Origin: an uncultured Eubacteriales bacterium
Lineage (GTDB): Bacteria; Bacillota; Clostridia; Christensenellales; Aristaeellaceae
Assembly (NCBI GenBank): GCA_944349545.1
Contig: CALVNG010000002.1
Span: forward strand, 9,328-73,327
Length of the DNA stretch: 64,000 nucleotides
Direction: 5' to 3'
In this document: piece after piece, positions 27,156-35,907 of the stretch
Layout: each line of letters opens with the position of its first letter
Position numbering within the stretch: position 1 is the first letter of the stretch
Program-made: the position numbers and the translations under genes
The notes under the pieces: model-generated
What the model saw: the letters and a program-made list of their open reading frames with translations, nothing else
Databases searched by the model: none
Told to the model about the DNA's origin: nothing

Positions 27156-29456
27156 ATGACCCGAAAAGCCCTTTCCCTGCTCCTTGCGCTGACACTGCTT
27201 TTATGCTCGTTGCCCGGCTGGGCGGCAGGCATGGTCGTGAGCGCAGCCGTTGGCGGCGTATCCATCAGCGTGGATGATGATAACGTCGTTACGTCCGCGA
27301 CCAACGTGGGAAGCACCCTGTATCTGCTCTACCAAAGCGGCGCGGTCGCCACCCGCCCCGTGGATACCAACGAGCCGACCGTGCTGGGCGAGGTTCTCAA
27401 CACCCAGTACTATACCGAGGCCCCGCAGACCGAGGAGGGCCAGGCCCGCATGGACCGGCTGTTCGTCTGGGACGGCCGCGTCTGCGGCATGTGCACCCCC
27501 TCCGGGGAGGTGTGGACGCTGCTGGACGATGCCGGCGCCTTTGCGCCCGCCAAAGTGGAGGGCCTCACGCTGGACACCTCCGGCCTGGTTTTTCAGGAGG
27601 AGGGCGAGGGCTATTCGGTCGCGGTGGAGGTCAGCAGCTTCTTCTGCGAGGGCGGCTGGCTGTACTACACCGGCATGGTCTATTCGGGCACGCCCCATGC
27701 CGTGGCCGGCCGCATCAGCCTGGAAACGGGCGAAAAGCAGGACTTTGCCTGCCAAAACCTCATGGGCCTCGCGCCCGTGGGCGACGGCTCCATCATGGCG
27801 ATGCTCTATGATGTCTCAGCCCTGTACTCCGCCACTACGCAGGCGGACCTGACCAAGCCCGCGCAGTACGGTATCTTCGATCCCGAAAAGGACGCGGTGG
27901 GCACGCTGGCAGACATTCCTACCGATAGCGACATGGGCGGCTACTCCACCAGCGGCATCTGCGTGGGCAACGGCACCCTGTACTACCTGGACGGCTCCCG
28001 CATCGCGGGGCTGGACCTGACCGGCGGGCAGAAGCGCGTGAGCGCCTACACCGGCGGCGGCATGGTTTCCAACGGAGGGCAGGCCCTCTATGTGGAGGGC
28101 TACTATGTGCTCATCAGCGGCTATGAGGGGCTGCGGGTGTTCAAGCTGGACCCGGAGGGCATTGAAAACGGCGCGCTGACCATCTTCGGCGAGTTTGGCA
28201 GCAACACGCACAACGCCTTCGTGCGAAGCCACCCCGAAATCGCCGTGGATGTGAGCGGGGACTATACCAGCGACATCGAGAAGCTCACCCAGGCCATGGT
28301 GTCGGATACCGGCGCGTATGACGTGCTGCTGATGGGCCTGTCCTACATGCCCGTGGAACGCCTGATTGAAAAGGGCTACTGCGCGGACCTCAGCCAGAGC
28401 GCGGACATCATGGATAAGGTGTCGGCCATGTACCCCGAAATGGTGGAGCCGCTCATGGTGGACGGCAAGCTCTACGGCGTGCCCGTGGGCATGAGCGGCA
28501 CCTGCTATGGCGTCAACATGGAGCTGTGGAAGAGCCTGGGCCTGACCGAGGACGACCTGCCCACCTCCGTGCCCGAGCTCTATGACTTCGCCGCCAACTG
28601 GGTATGGGACTACGGCGAGGACCACCCGGAAATCTCCCTGTTTGACCTGGGCAGCTATTCCAGCCAGATTCTCTATTCCCTGCTGCTCAACGACTATATC
28701 GCCTACATGCAGAAGCAGGGCGAGGAACTCGTCTTTGACACGCCGGTGTTCCGCAGGCTGATGGAGGGCTTCTCCGCCATCGACTTTGAGGAAATCCTCA
28801 GCGTACAGGATCAGGACAAGGATACCTACTGGACGCCGGACGCGCTGTTCAGCACGGCCATGAGCGTGGGCTACCTGGGCTATCAGGATGAGCGCTTCCA
28901 GCCGCTGTACCTGTCGCTGGAGGAGGGCGGGGAGCCGTTCATCGGCATGAGCCTGAGCGTGCTGACCATCAACCCGCGCACCAAGCGCATGGATGAGGCC
29001 CTGCTCTACGTCAGCGAGTATTTGGACAACCTGGACAAGACCAGCGCCAACATCACCCTCTTCCCCGATCACAACGACCCGGTGGAAAACGATTCCTATC
29101 AAAGCAACCTTGAGGATATGCAAAAGTCCCTTGCCAAGATGCAGCAGAGCCTCGAAAATGCTTCGGAGGAAAACCGCGCCGAGATCGAGCAGCAGATTCA
29201 GTGGCAGGAGGAGAGCATCGCGGACTGGGAGAATTACCGCTATTCCGTGACCGCCGAGCAGATCGCCGATTACCGTGAGAACGTGGCGCCGCTGGTCTAC
29301 GTCATCCGGCAGAACGTGTTCCTCAACGCCGACGCCTCCGCCACCAGCGAGATCAACAAGCTGCTGATGCAGTACATGGAAGGCGCGGTGAACCTGGACT
29401 CTTTGGTACGCGAGCTGGACCAGCGCGTGCGGCTGATGCAGCTGGAAGACCAATGA
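27156..29456 (+). CDS. extracellular solute-binding protein paralogue with an approximately 330-aa N-terminal extension
   Basis: 766 aa. Signal peptide MTRKALSLLLALTLLLCSLPGWAAG. Same architecture and colinear motifs as 24839..27154 (YDVLLMGLS...LIEKGYCADLS...DGKLYGVPVG...LGLTEDDLPTSVPELYDFA). Starts 2 nt after the previous stop. Confidence 0.65.
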   Translation: MTRKALSLLLALTLLLCSLPGWAAGMVVSAAVGGVSISVDDDNVVTSATNVGSTLYLLYQSGAVATRPVDTNEPTVLGEVLNTQYYTEAPQTEEGQARMDRLFVWDGRVCGMCTPSGEVWTLLDDAGAFAPAKVEGLTLDTSGLVFQEEGEGYSVAVEVSSFFCEGGWLYYTGMVYSGTPHAVAGRISLETGEKQDFACQNLMGLAPVGDGSIMAMLYDVSALYSATTQADLTKPAQYGIFDPEKDAVGTLADIPTDSDMGGYSTSGICVGNGTLYYLDGSRIAGLDLTGGQKRVSAYTGGGMVSNGGQALYVEGYYVLISGYEGLRVFKLDPEGIENGALTIFGEFGSNTHNAFVRSHPEIAVDVSGDYTSDIEKLTQAMVSDTGAYDVLLMGLSYMPVERLIEKGYCADLSQSADIMDKVSAMYPEMVEPLMVDGKLYGVPVGMSGTCYGVNMELWKSLGLTEDDLPTSVPELYDFAANWVWDYGEDHPEISLFDLGSYSSQILYSLLLNDYIAYMQKQGEELVFDTPVFRRLMEGFSAIDFEEILSVQDQDKDTYWTPDALFSTAMSVGYLGYQDERFQPLYLSLEEGGEPFIGMSLSVLTINPRTKRMDEALLYVSEYLDNLDKTSANITLFPDHNDPVENDSYQSNLEDMQKSLAKMQQSLENASEENRAEIEQQIQWQEESIADWENYRYSVTAEQIADYRENVAPLVYVIRQNVFLNADASATSEINKLLMQYMEGAVNLDSLVRELDQRVRLMQLEDQ

Positions 29457-29561
29457 TGCAGCGCGTTTTTCCCTGCTGCCGGCGGGCCCTGGAAAGAGCC
29501 CGCCGGCACGGCTGTGTGCCCCGTGCGCACAGGCTGAAAAATGCCGCCAAAGGAGCTACGC

Positions 29562-30413
29562 ATGTTTCGTAAAAAATCCGTCTGGCTCTACCTCCTGCCG
29601 GGACTTCTGGGCCTGATGGCCTTCTACCTGGTGCCCTTCGTGTGGGGCGTGTGGTTCAGCCTGACCGACGGCACCATCGACAACCGCTTCGTGGGCTTTG
29701 ACAACTACCTGCGCGTGTGGCAGAACGAGGTGTTTCAGCTGGGGCTGAAAAACACCATCGAGCTGTCGCTTTTGTGCGCGCCGGTTATTTTCGTGCTGTC
29801 CTTTCTGCTGGCGGGCATGCTGCGCAAGCCCATCGCGGGCAGCACCTTTTACCGCAACGCCCTGCTCATGCCCTATCTGATGCCCTCGGCCGCCATGCTC
29901 ATCATCTGGCTGATCCTGTTCGACTACGGCGGACCGGTCAACCGGCTGGCTGTGGCGCTGGGCTTTGACCGCGTTTTCTGGCTGGAGGGCGCGGCGCTGC
30001 GCGTGCCCATCGTGCTGCTCTATATCTGGAAAAACCTCGGCTTCAGCGTGGTCATTTTTACCGCCGCGCTGCAGGCCGTGCCCGAATCCCTGTATGAATA
30101 CGCCAGCCTGGAGGGCGCGGGGTGGTTCCGCCGGGAATGGTCCATCACCTTGCCGCAGATTTTGCCCACCGCGTTTCTGGTGTTCGTGCTGGCGGTGGTC
30201 AACGCCTTCAAGATTTTCAAGGAGGTGTACTTCATCGGCGGCGCCTATCCCGCCGAAAGCATCTACACCCTCCAGCACTATATGAACAACAAGTTCTCCA
30301 AGCTGGATTATCAGGACGTGACCACCGCGGCCTATTCCTTTGCGGTGATCGTGATCGCCCTGTTTTTGCTGCTCTACCGCACCAAGAGCGTGAGGCAGGG
30401 CGAAGCCGCCTGA
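29562..30413 (+). CDS. carbohydrate (CUT1-type) ABC transporter permease, MalF/UgpA-like
   Basis: The ATG at 29562 lies 8 nt after AAGGAG (ORF opens at 29541). Six TM helices. EAA loop EYASLEGAGWFRREWSITLPQILP. Confidence 0.85.
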   Translation: MFRKKSVWLYLLPGLLGLMAFYLVPFVWGVWFSLTDGTIDNRFVGFDNYLRVWQNEVFQLGLKNTIELSLLCAPVIFVLSFLLAGMLRKPIAGSTFYRNALLMPYLMPSAAMLIIWLILFDYGGPVNRLAVALGFDRVFWLEGAALRVPIVLLYIWKNLGFSVVIFTAALQAVPESLYEYASLEGAGWFRREWSITLPQILPTAFLVFVLAVVNAFKIFKEVYFIGGAYPAESIYTLQHYMNNKFSKLDYQDVTTAAYSFAVIVIALFLLLYRTKSVRQGEAA

Positions 30414-30429
30414 GAAAGGAGCGTATTCC

Positions 30430-31350
30430 ATGGCGCAGAGCCACGTATCCGTCGGGACCGCCGGGAAGCGGCGCAGGCGGAGCACGCGCGGACTGATGCG
30501 GCGCGTGCGCAGGGCCAGGCCCCTGAGCTGCCTGATTTTGACGCTGATCGCGGTGATCATGCTGATCCCCATCGTATTTACCTTCCTGTACTCCTTCTTT
30601 CCCAAGGGGGAGATCTCGTCCTACCTGGCCCAGCGCGGCAGCTACGACCAAAGCCGCTGGATGGACATTCTCTTCTCGCCCGCGCAGGTCAGCCTGCGGC
30701 AGTACTACACCATCCTCATCGAGGAGCCGCAGTACCTGCAGCTGTTCTGCAACAGCGTGCTGTATGCCGGGGCCATTCTGGTAGGCCAGGGCTTCGTGAT
30801 TCCGCTCACGGCCTATGCGCTCAGCCGCTTCCGGTTTCGAGGACGCGATGCGCTGTTCTTTCTGGTGCTGGTGCTGATGGTGCTGCCCTTTCAGGTGACC
30901 ATGGCGCCCAGCGTGATGACGCTGCGGGCGCTGGGGCTGCTGGATACGGTCTGGGCGGTGATTCTGCCGATGATTTTCTCCCCCTTCTACCTCTTTCTGG
31001 TGCGCCAGTTCATGATCGGCATTCCGGGGGAAATCGTCGAGGCGGGGCAGATGGACGGCGCGGGCACGCTGCGCTGTTTTGTGCACGTCATGCTGCCGGT
31101 GTGCCGTCCCATCCTGTGCGCGGCGGCGGCGCTGAGCTTTGCCGACAGCTGGAACATGGTCGAACAGCCGCTCATCTACCTGACCAACCAGAGCATGCAG
31201 CCGCTGTCGGTTATGTTCAACCAGATCAACACCGATTCCACAGGCGTGGCGTTTGCGGGCGCGGCGCTGTATCTGCTGCCCATGCTGCTGATCTATATCT
31301 ACTTCCAGGATGACATCCTCCTGGGCGTGCAGCTAAGCGAGCTGAAGTAA
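30430..31350 (+). CDS. carbohydrate (CUT1-type) ABC transporter permease, MalG/UgpE-like
   Basis: 306 aa. RBS AAGGAG 8 nt upstream. EAA loop VEAGQMDGAGTLRCFVHVMLPVCRP. Confidence 0.85.
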   Translation: MAQSHVSVGTAGKRRRRSTRGLMRRVRRARPLSCLILTLIAVIMLIPIVFTFLYSFFPKGEISSYLAQRGSYDQSRWMDILFSPAQVSLRQYYTILIEEPQYLQLFCNSVLYAGAILVGQGFVIPLTAYALSRFRFRGRDALFFLVLVLMVLPFQVTMAPSVMTLRALGLLDTVWAVILPMIFSPFYLFLVRQFMIGIPGEIVEAGQMDGAGTLRCFVHVMLPVCRPILCAAAALSFADSWNMVEQPLIYLTNQSMQPLSVMFNQINTDSTGVAFAGAALYLLPMLLIYIYFQDDILLGVQLSELK

Positions 31351-31368
31351 AAGGGGGAAGCTAAACTC

Positions 31369-32730
31369 ATGAGCAAGAAAACGCGAGCGCTCAAGGCGCT
31401 GGTGTGGCTGGGCGTGATCGTGGCGGCATGCATGTACTTCTCGCGCACCATCCAGACCATCACCACGCCCAAGGTCAAGCTGGTGCAGGCCACCACGGGC
31501 CGCATCGAGCAGAAGATCTCCGTGGACGCCAAACCGTATTTTCCCGTGGAGACGGAGATCACCCTCAACAAGGCCAAGGACTATCCCATCACGGTGGATA
31601 AGGTGTATGTCAAGCCCGGCCTTCTGGTCAAGGAGGGCGATACCATCTTCACCGCCACCATCAACGACTATCAGACCAAGGAAGAGGACCTGCTGACCAA
31701 GTACAATGAAAAGTCGCAGGAACTGATCGACCTGGACATCAAGAACCGGAAAAACTCCAAGCAAAGCATGCAGAACGATCTCTACGACCTGATGATCGAA
31801 AAGCAGGACGCGCTCAATGAGGCCGAGAGCAAGGCGCGCCTGGCCGCGGCCGCCGAGGGGATCGAGCTGACTTTTGACCAGACCCTCTGGGAAGCCAAGG
31901 CCAAGCAGGCGGGCGCTTCCAGCGAGACCATGGCGCTCATCCGCGCAGCGGCTACGGCACGCGAGGCGTTCCAGACCGCGCGCGACGATTTCTACGCCAG
32001 TTATGAAAACAAAAAGATCAAGGTCAGCGACGAGGTGTTCAAGTACATCAACGACCGAAACAAGCTGCTTCAGGAGATGCAGGACCTCAGCGACCAGATG
32101 GTCAAGCTTCTGGAGGCAAAGCAGGCTCTGGGCACGGTGACGGCTACCAGCGAAGGGTACATCGTGGCGCTGGACCTCAAGGCTGGCGACAGCTACGACG
32201 GGCAGAAGTCCGCCTATACCATCGCCAAAAAGGAGGACGTGCCGGTGCTGCGCGCCGACGTGACGGATCTGAAAAAGGACGTGACCGAGGGGGCGCGCGT
32301 GGAGGTGGCGGGCGACTACGACACCTTCCGCAGCGAGGTCACCGCCGTGGTGGACGATACCGACGGCCGCAGATACGCCGAGATTGAGCTGACGGACGAT
32401 TTTCTGCGCACGGCGGGCGGCATGCAGAAGCTCCTGCAGGATGGCAGCCTGCAGGTGAGCATCGTGTTCCGCGCGCGCAAAAACGCGACCATCATCCCCG
32501 CGTCCGCACTGCGCAGCGAGGGCGAGGGCGAGTACGTCTTTGTGGCGGAGCGCGAATACGGCGGGTTTTTGAGCTCCGGCGGGCTGAAGGCCAAAAAGAC
32601 GAGCGTCACCGTGATCGACCGCAGCGATACGGCGGTCAGCGTACAGGAGGATTTGAGCTATCAGAGCATCATCGACCGGGCCGACCGCACCGTGGAGGAC
32701 GGCAAGCCCGTGATGGAGTATGTGGAGTAA
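31369..32730 (+). CDS. HlyD/MacA-like periplasmic adaptor (membrane-fusion) protein
   Basis: 453 aa. N-terminal TM anchor. Lipoyl-like hairpin segments (VYVKPGLLVKEGDTIF) flank a long coiled coil. C-terminal beta-barrel-like region (ATIIPASALRSEGEGEYVFV). Confidence 0.7.
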   Translation: MSKKTRALKALVWLGVIVAACMYFSRTIQTITTPKVKLVQATTGRIEQKISVDAKPYFPVETEITLNKAKDYPITVDKVYVKPGLLVKEGDTIFTATINDYQTKEEDLLTKYNEKSQELIDLDIKNRKNSKQSMQNDLYDLMIEKQDALNEAESKARLAAAAEGIELTFDQTLWEAKAKQAGASSETMALIRAAATAREAFQTARDDFYASYENKKIKVSDEVFKYINDRNKLLQEMQDLSDQMVKLLEAKQALGTVTATSEGYIVALDLKAGDSYDGQKSAYTIAKKEDVPVLRADVTDLKKDVTEGARVEVAGDYDTFRSEVTAVVDDTDGRRYAEIELTDDFLRTAGGMQKLLQDGSLQVSIVFRARKNATIIPASALRSEGEGEYVFVAEREYGGFLSSGGLKAKKTSVTVIDRSDTAVSVQEDLSYQSIIDRADRTVEDGKPVMEYVE

Positions 32731-32733
32731 GCC

Positions 32734-33960
32734 ATGCTGAAAGCATTTTGCAAACGCCGCAGGGGGACGCTTATGCTGCTGGTTATCGCGCTGGCGGCCA
32801 TAGCCTTCGCCTGGGTGAACATCCGGGCCGTGCCTGGCACGTTCCAGCACGTCTACGCCGCGCCTCAGCCCGCAGCCGAGGCTGAGGGCGAAAAGGCGAC
32901 CAACGGTGGCCTGCGCGACGCGCGCCTGAAGATCCGCGAGCTGGAAACCGAGCTGGAGGGCGCCTGCGAGGATGCCACGCTCTATGCGCTGGCCCAGCCG
33001 TCCTCCGTGTCCATCCCCGACGGGGGAAAGAGCACGAGCGCCCGTCTGGTGGGCGTGGAGGCGAGCTGGTTTTACCTCAAGTCCCCGGTGCTGCTCAACG
33101 GACGCCTGCTCTATCCCGACGAATGCGTCTATGGCGAGCGCGTGGCGCTGGTGGACGAACAGCTGGCCGTGGCCCTGTTCCAGTACGCCGAGCCGCTGGG
33201 CGAGGAAATCGAGGTTGCGGGCCAGCGCTACCGCATCGTGGGCGTGCTCAGGGCGGGCAAGCGCGTGGGCGACCAGATGGATTACAGCCTGTATGTGCCG
33301 CTGCGCTCGCTGGAGGATACCAATGTGGCGCTGACCGCGCTGGTGTACGAGGCGCGGCCCGTGCAGGGCGCGGGCGGATGGTCCGCGTTCCAGACCGCGT
33401 CGCAGAAGCTGGGCGAGGGCACGACCATCAGCCTGGTCAAGGAGCGCATGAACGCGGCCATGCCCATGCGCATGCTCTTTACGCTGTGCGGCATGGCGAT
33501 GGCGCTGTGGGGCGTGAGGCGGATGAATCGCCGGAGCGCGCGCTTCGCCGCCAGCTACCGCGAGCGCCTTAAGACGCAATACGCCGCTCGCCTGATGGGC
33601 TTCGCGGCGGGCCGTCTGATGCTGCTGGCGCTGGGATATCTCGCGTGCGCGGCGGCGCTGGCCTGGCTGTTTACCCAGCTGGTGGAGCCGGTGTATACCT
33701 TCCCGGAATGGGTGCCCGCGGTGCTGGTGGAGCCCAAGGATATCCAGACCGCTTTCTGGAACGTGTGGCAGACGCCTGCCGCCGTGGTGGAGTACCGCAC
33801 GCCGGAACTGCTGCGCCTGCGCTTTCTGCGCGAGGTAATGGCATGGTCCTGCGGCGCGGCCGCGCTGCTCGTCGGCAGCCTGACGGGCGCTGCCGGCGCG
33901 CTTTTCCGGCGGCTCGCCCCCGCTGCACAGCCGTCTGGAGAGCCGGCTGAACGGTCTTGA
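32734..33960 (+). CDS. membrane protein with a MacB-like periplasmic core domain and an atypical C-terminal TM bundle
   Basis: 408 aa. N-terminal TM, then VALVDEQLAVALF...PLGEEIEVAGQRYRIVGVL (MacB_PCD-like). Three C-terminal TM helices, but I cannot see the usual FtsX-domain loop following the first of them. Confidence 0.45.
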   Translation: MLKAFCKRRRGTLMLLVIALAAIAFAWVNIRAVPGTFQHVYAAPQPAAEAEGEKATNGGLRDARLKIRELETELEGACEDATLYALAQPSSVSIPDGGKSTSARLVGVEASWFYLKSPVLLNGRLLYPDECVYGERVALVDEQLAVALFQYAEPLGEEIEVAGQRYRIVGVLRAGKRVGDQMDYSLYVPLRSLEDTNVALTALVYEARPVQGAGGWSAFQTASQKLGEGTTISLVKERMNAAMPMRMLFTLCGMAMALWGVRRMNRRSARFAASYRERLKTQYAARLMGFAAGRLMLLALGYLACAAALAWLFTQLVEPVYTFPEWVPAVLVEPKDIQTAFWNVWQTPAAVVEYRTPELLRLRFLREVMAWSCGAAALLVGSLTGAAGALFRRLAPAAQPSGEPAERS

Positions 33961-33973
33961 AAGGAAGGGCGGT

Positions 33974-35857
33974 ATGAATCCCACACTGGCCTACAAAATC
34001 AAAATGCTTCCCGAAAGCCCCGGCTGCTACATCATGAAAAGCCGGGGCGAGATCATCTACGTCGGCAAGGCCGTGAACCTGAAAAACCGGGTGCGGCAGT
34101 ATTTTCATGGATCGCATACGCCCAAGGTGGCCGCCATGGTCAGCCGGGTGGATGATTTTGACCTCATGCTCTGCCAGACCAACTTTGAGGCGCTCACGCT
34201 GGAGTGCAACCTGATCAAGAAGCACCGCCCCTTCTACAACATCCTTCTCAAGGACGACAAGCATTATCCCTATCTGCGCATCGACCTTGGCGAGTCCTTT
34301 CCCCGTCTGACGCTGGCCCGCAACATGGACGAGCAGCGCGCGGGCGTGAAATACTTCGGCCCCTATATTGGAGCCACGGCTGTCCGGCAGGTGATGGATG
34401 AGGTGCGGCGCTTCTTTCCGCTGCGCACCTGCAACCTCAGCTTTCCGGTCAAATCGCCCCGACGGCCCTGCGTGCACCATCAGATCGGGCAATGCCTGGC
34501 GCCCTGCGCAGGCGGGGTGAGCGAGGAGGCGTACCGCGCTATTTTGGCGCGCGTGATCGACTTTTTGAACGGGGACAGCCGCGAGCTGCTTGCCGAGCTC
34601 ACCCGCGAGATGAACGCGGCCAGCGCCCGCATGGAGTATGAGCAGGCGGCGGTGCTGCGGGACAAGATCGCGGACATCCGCCAGCTGATGGAGGAGCAGC
34701 ACGCCATCCAGACGCGCGATGTGGAACAGGATGTGCTCGCCGTGGCGCAGGATGGGCAGGACGCCATGGTTCAGCTGACGCACATCCGCGCGGGCCGCAT
34801 CGAGGGCGGGCGCGCCTTCCTGATGGAGCACTGCGGCGCGGAGGCGCCGGAGGAGGTGCTGGCCGGGTTTTTGACCCAGTATTACGACGACGGGCATCTG
34901 ATCCCGCGCAACGTGCTGGCGCAGGCGCTGCCCGAACCGCTGGACGAGCTGGAGCGCTGGCTGCGGGAGCGGCGGGGCGGGGCGGTGACGCTGGCGGTGC
35001 CCCAGCGGGGCGACAAGGCGGACCTGGTGCGCCTCGCGCTTAAAAACGCCGAGGACGCGCTCTTCAAGCACCGGCAGAGCGCCGAGGTCAAGGACATGCG
35101 CACCCGACAGGCCATGCTGGAGCTCAAGGAGGCGCTGAACCTGCCCGCTTTGCCCCGGCGCATCGAGGGCTATGACATCTCCAATACGCAGGGCATATTG
35201 AGCGTGGCCAGCATGGTGGTGTTTCAGGACGGCCTGCCCGACAAGAAGGCGTACCGCATCTACCGCATCAAAACCGTCGAGGGCGCCAACGACTTCGCCT
35301 CCATGGCGGAGGTCATCACCCGCCGCTTCACCCACGGACTCAAGGAGCGCCACGAACGCGAGCAGGCGGGGCTGGACCCGGATGCGGGCAGCTTTTCCAA
35401 GCTGCCGGATGTCATCCTCATCGACGGCGGCCCGGAGCAGCTGCTCTTTGCGCACCGGGCCATGGAGGAGGCCGGGGCGAGCGTGCCCATGTTCGGTCTG
35501 GCGAAGCGGTTTGAGGAGATCTACCTGCCGGGGCGTGAGGACCCCATCGTGCTGGACCGGCGCTCCAACGCGCTTCATCTGGTGCAGTATGTGCGCGACG
35601 AGGCGCACCGCTTCGGCATCACGCACCACCGGGCGCTGCGCGGCAAGGAGGGCTTAAAAAGCGAGCTGTCGGCCATCCCCGGCGTGGGGCCCAAGAAGCA
35701 GGCGGCGCTGATACGGCATTTTCGCAGCGTGAAGGCCATCTTCGAGGCCACGCAGGAGGAGCTGTGCCAGGTGGAGGGCGTCAGCGACGGGCTGGCCAAA
35801 CGCATTCTCGACCACGCCGCCCAGCGAGGCAAAGCCGGCCAGCCGCCAAAGGAATAA
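33974..35857 (+). CDS. uvrC: excinuclease ABC subunit C
   Basis: 627 aa. GIY-YIG block PGCYIMKSRGEIIYVGKAVNLKNRV. UVR domain (MEYEQAAVLRDKI). C-terminal HhH (IPGVGPKKQAALIRHF). Confidence 0.93.
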   Translation: MNPTLAYKIKMLPESPGCYIMKSRGEIIYVGKAVNLKNRVRQYFHGSHTPKVAAMVSRVDDFDLMLCQTNFEALTLECNLIKKHRPFYNILLKDDKHYPYLRIDLGESFPRLTLARNMDEQRAGVKYFGPYIGATAVRQVMDEVRRFFPLRTCNLSFPVKSPRRPCVHHQIGQCLAPCAGGVSEEAYRAILARVIDFLNGDSRELLAELTREMNAASARMEYEQAAVLRDKIADIRQLMEEQHAIQTRDVEQDVLAVAQDGQDAMVQLTHIRAGRIEGGRAFLMEHCGAEAPEEVLAGFLTQYYDDGHLIPRNVLAQALPEPLDELERWLRERRGGAVTLAVPQRGDKADLVRLALKNAEDALFKHRQSAEVKDMRTRQAMLELKEALNLPALPRRIEGYDISNTQGILSVASMVVFQDGLPDKKAYRIYRIKTVEGANDFASMAEVITRRFTHGLKERHEREQAGLDPDAGSFSKLPDVILIDGGPEQLLFAHRAMEEAGASVPMFGLAKRFEEIYLPGREDPIVLDRRSNALHLVQYVRDEAHRFGITHHRALRGKEGLKSELSAIPGVGPKKQAALIRHFRSVKAIFEATQEELCQVEGVSDGLAKRILDHAAQRGKAGQPPKE

Positions 35858-35860
35858 GAG

Positions 35861-35903
35861 AAGCCCCGCTTTCTCCGTCCGGAAAAAGCGGGGCTTACTT
35901 TTT
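35861..35903 (+). terminator. rho-independent terminator of uvrC (shared with the convergent VanW-family gene)
   Basis: Stem AAGCCCCGCTTT / AAAGCGGGGCTT, followed by ACTTTTTGG. Confidence 0.7.
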
Positions 35904-35907
35904 GGTA

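Noticed and set aside
24896-27316. An 806-aa ORF on the minus strand. Similar very long antisense ORFs occur at 5285..6586, 12063..13829, 15667..17394, 27816..29453, 31333..33984, 33671..35629, 35764..37290, 37239..38705, 38414..39742, 41292..42572, 43649..45088, 46779..47828, 47858..49030, 50956..52443, 53813..55552, 57658..59121 and 58745..59986.
   Set aside because: All lie antisense to or out of frame with genes that have clear family signatures. Their products are Arg/Ala/Gly/His-rich low-complexity strings with no motifs. Open antisense frames are expected in high-GC DNA because stop codons are AT-rich.
31593-31601. DnaA-box-like 9-mer GGTGGATAA (8/9 to TGTGGATAA), considered as evidence for oriC.
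   Set aside because: It is a single copy inside a coding region. There is no cluster of boxes, AT-rich unwinding element or dnaA/dnaN nearby.
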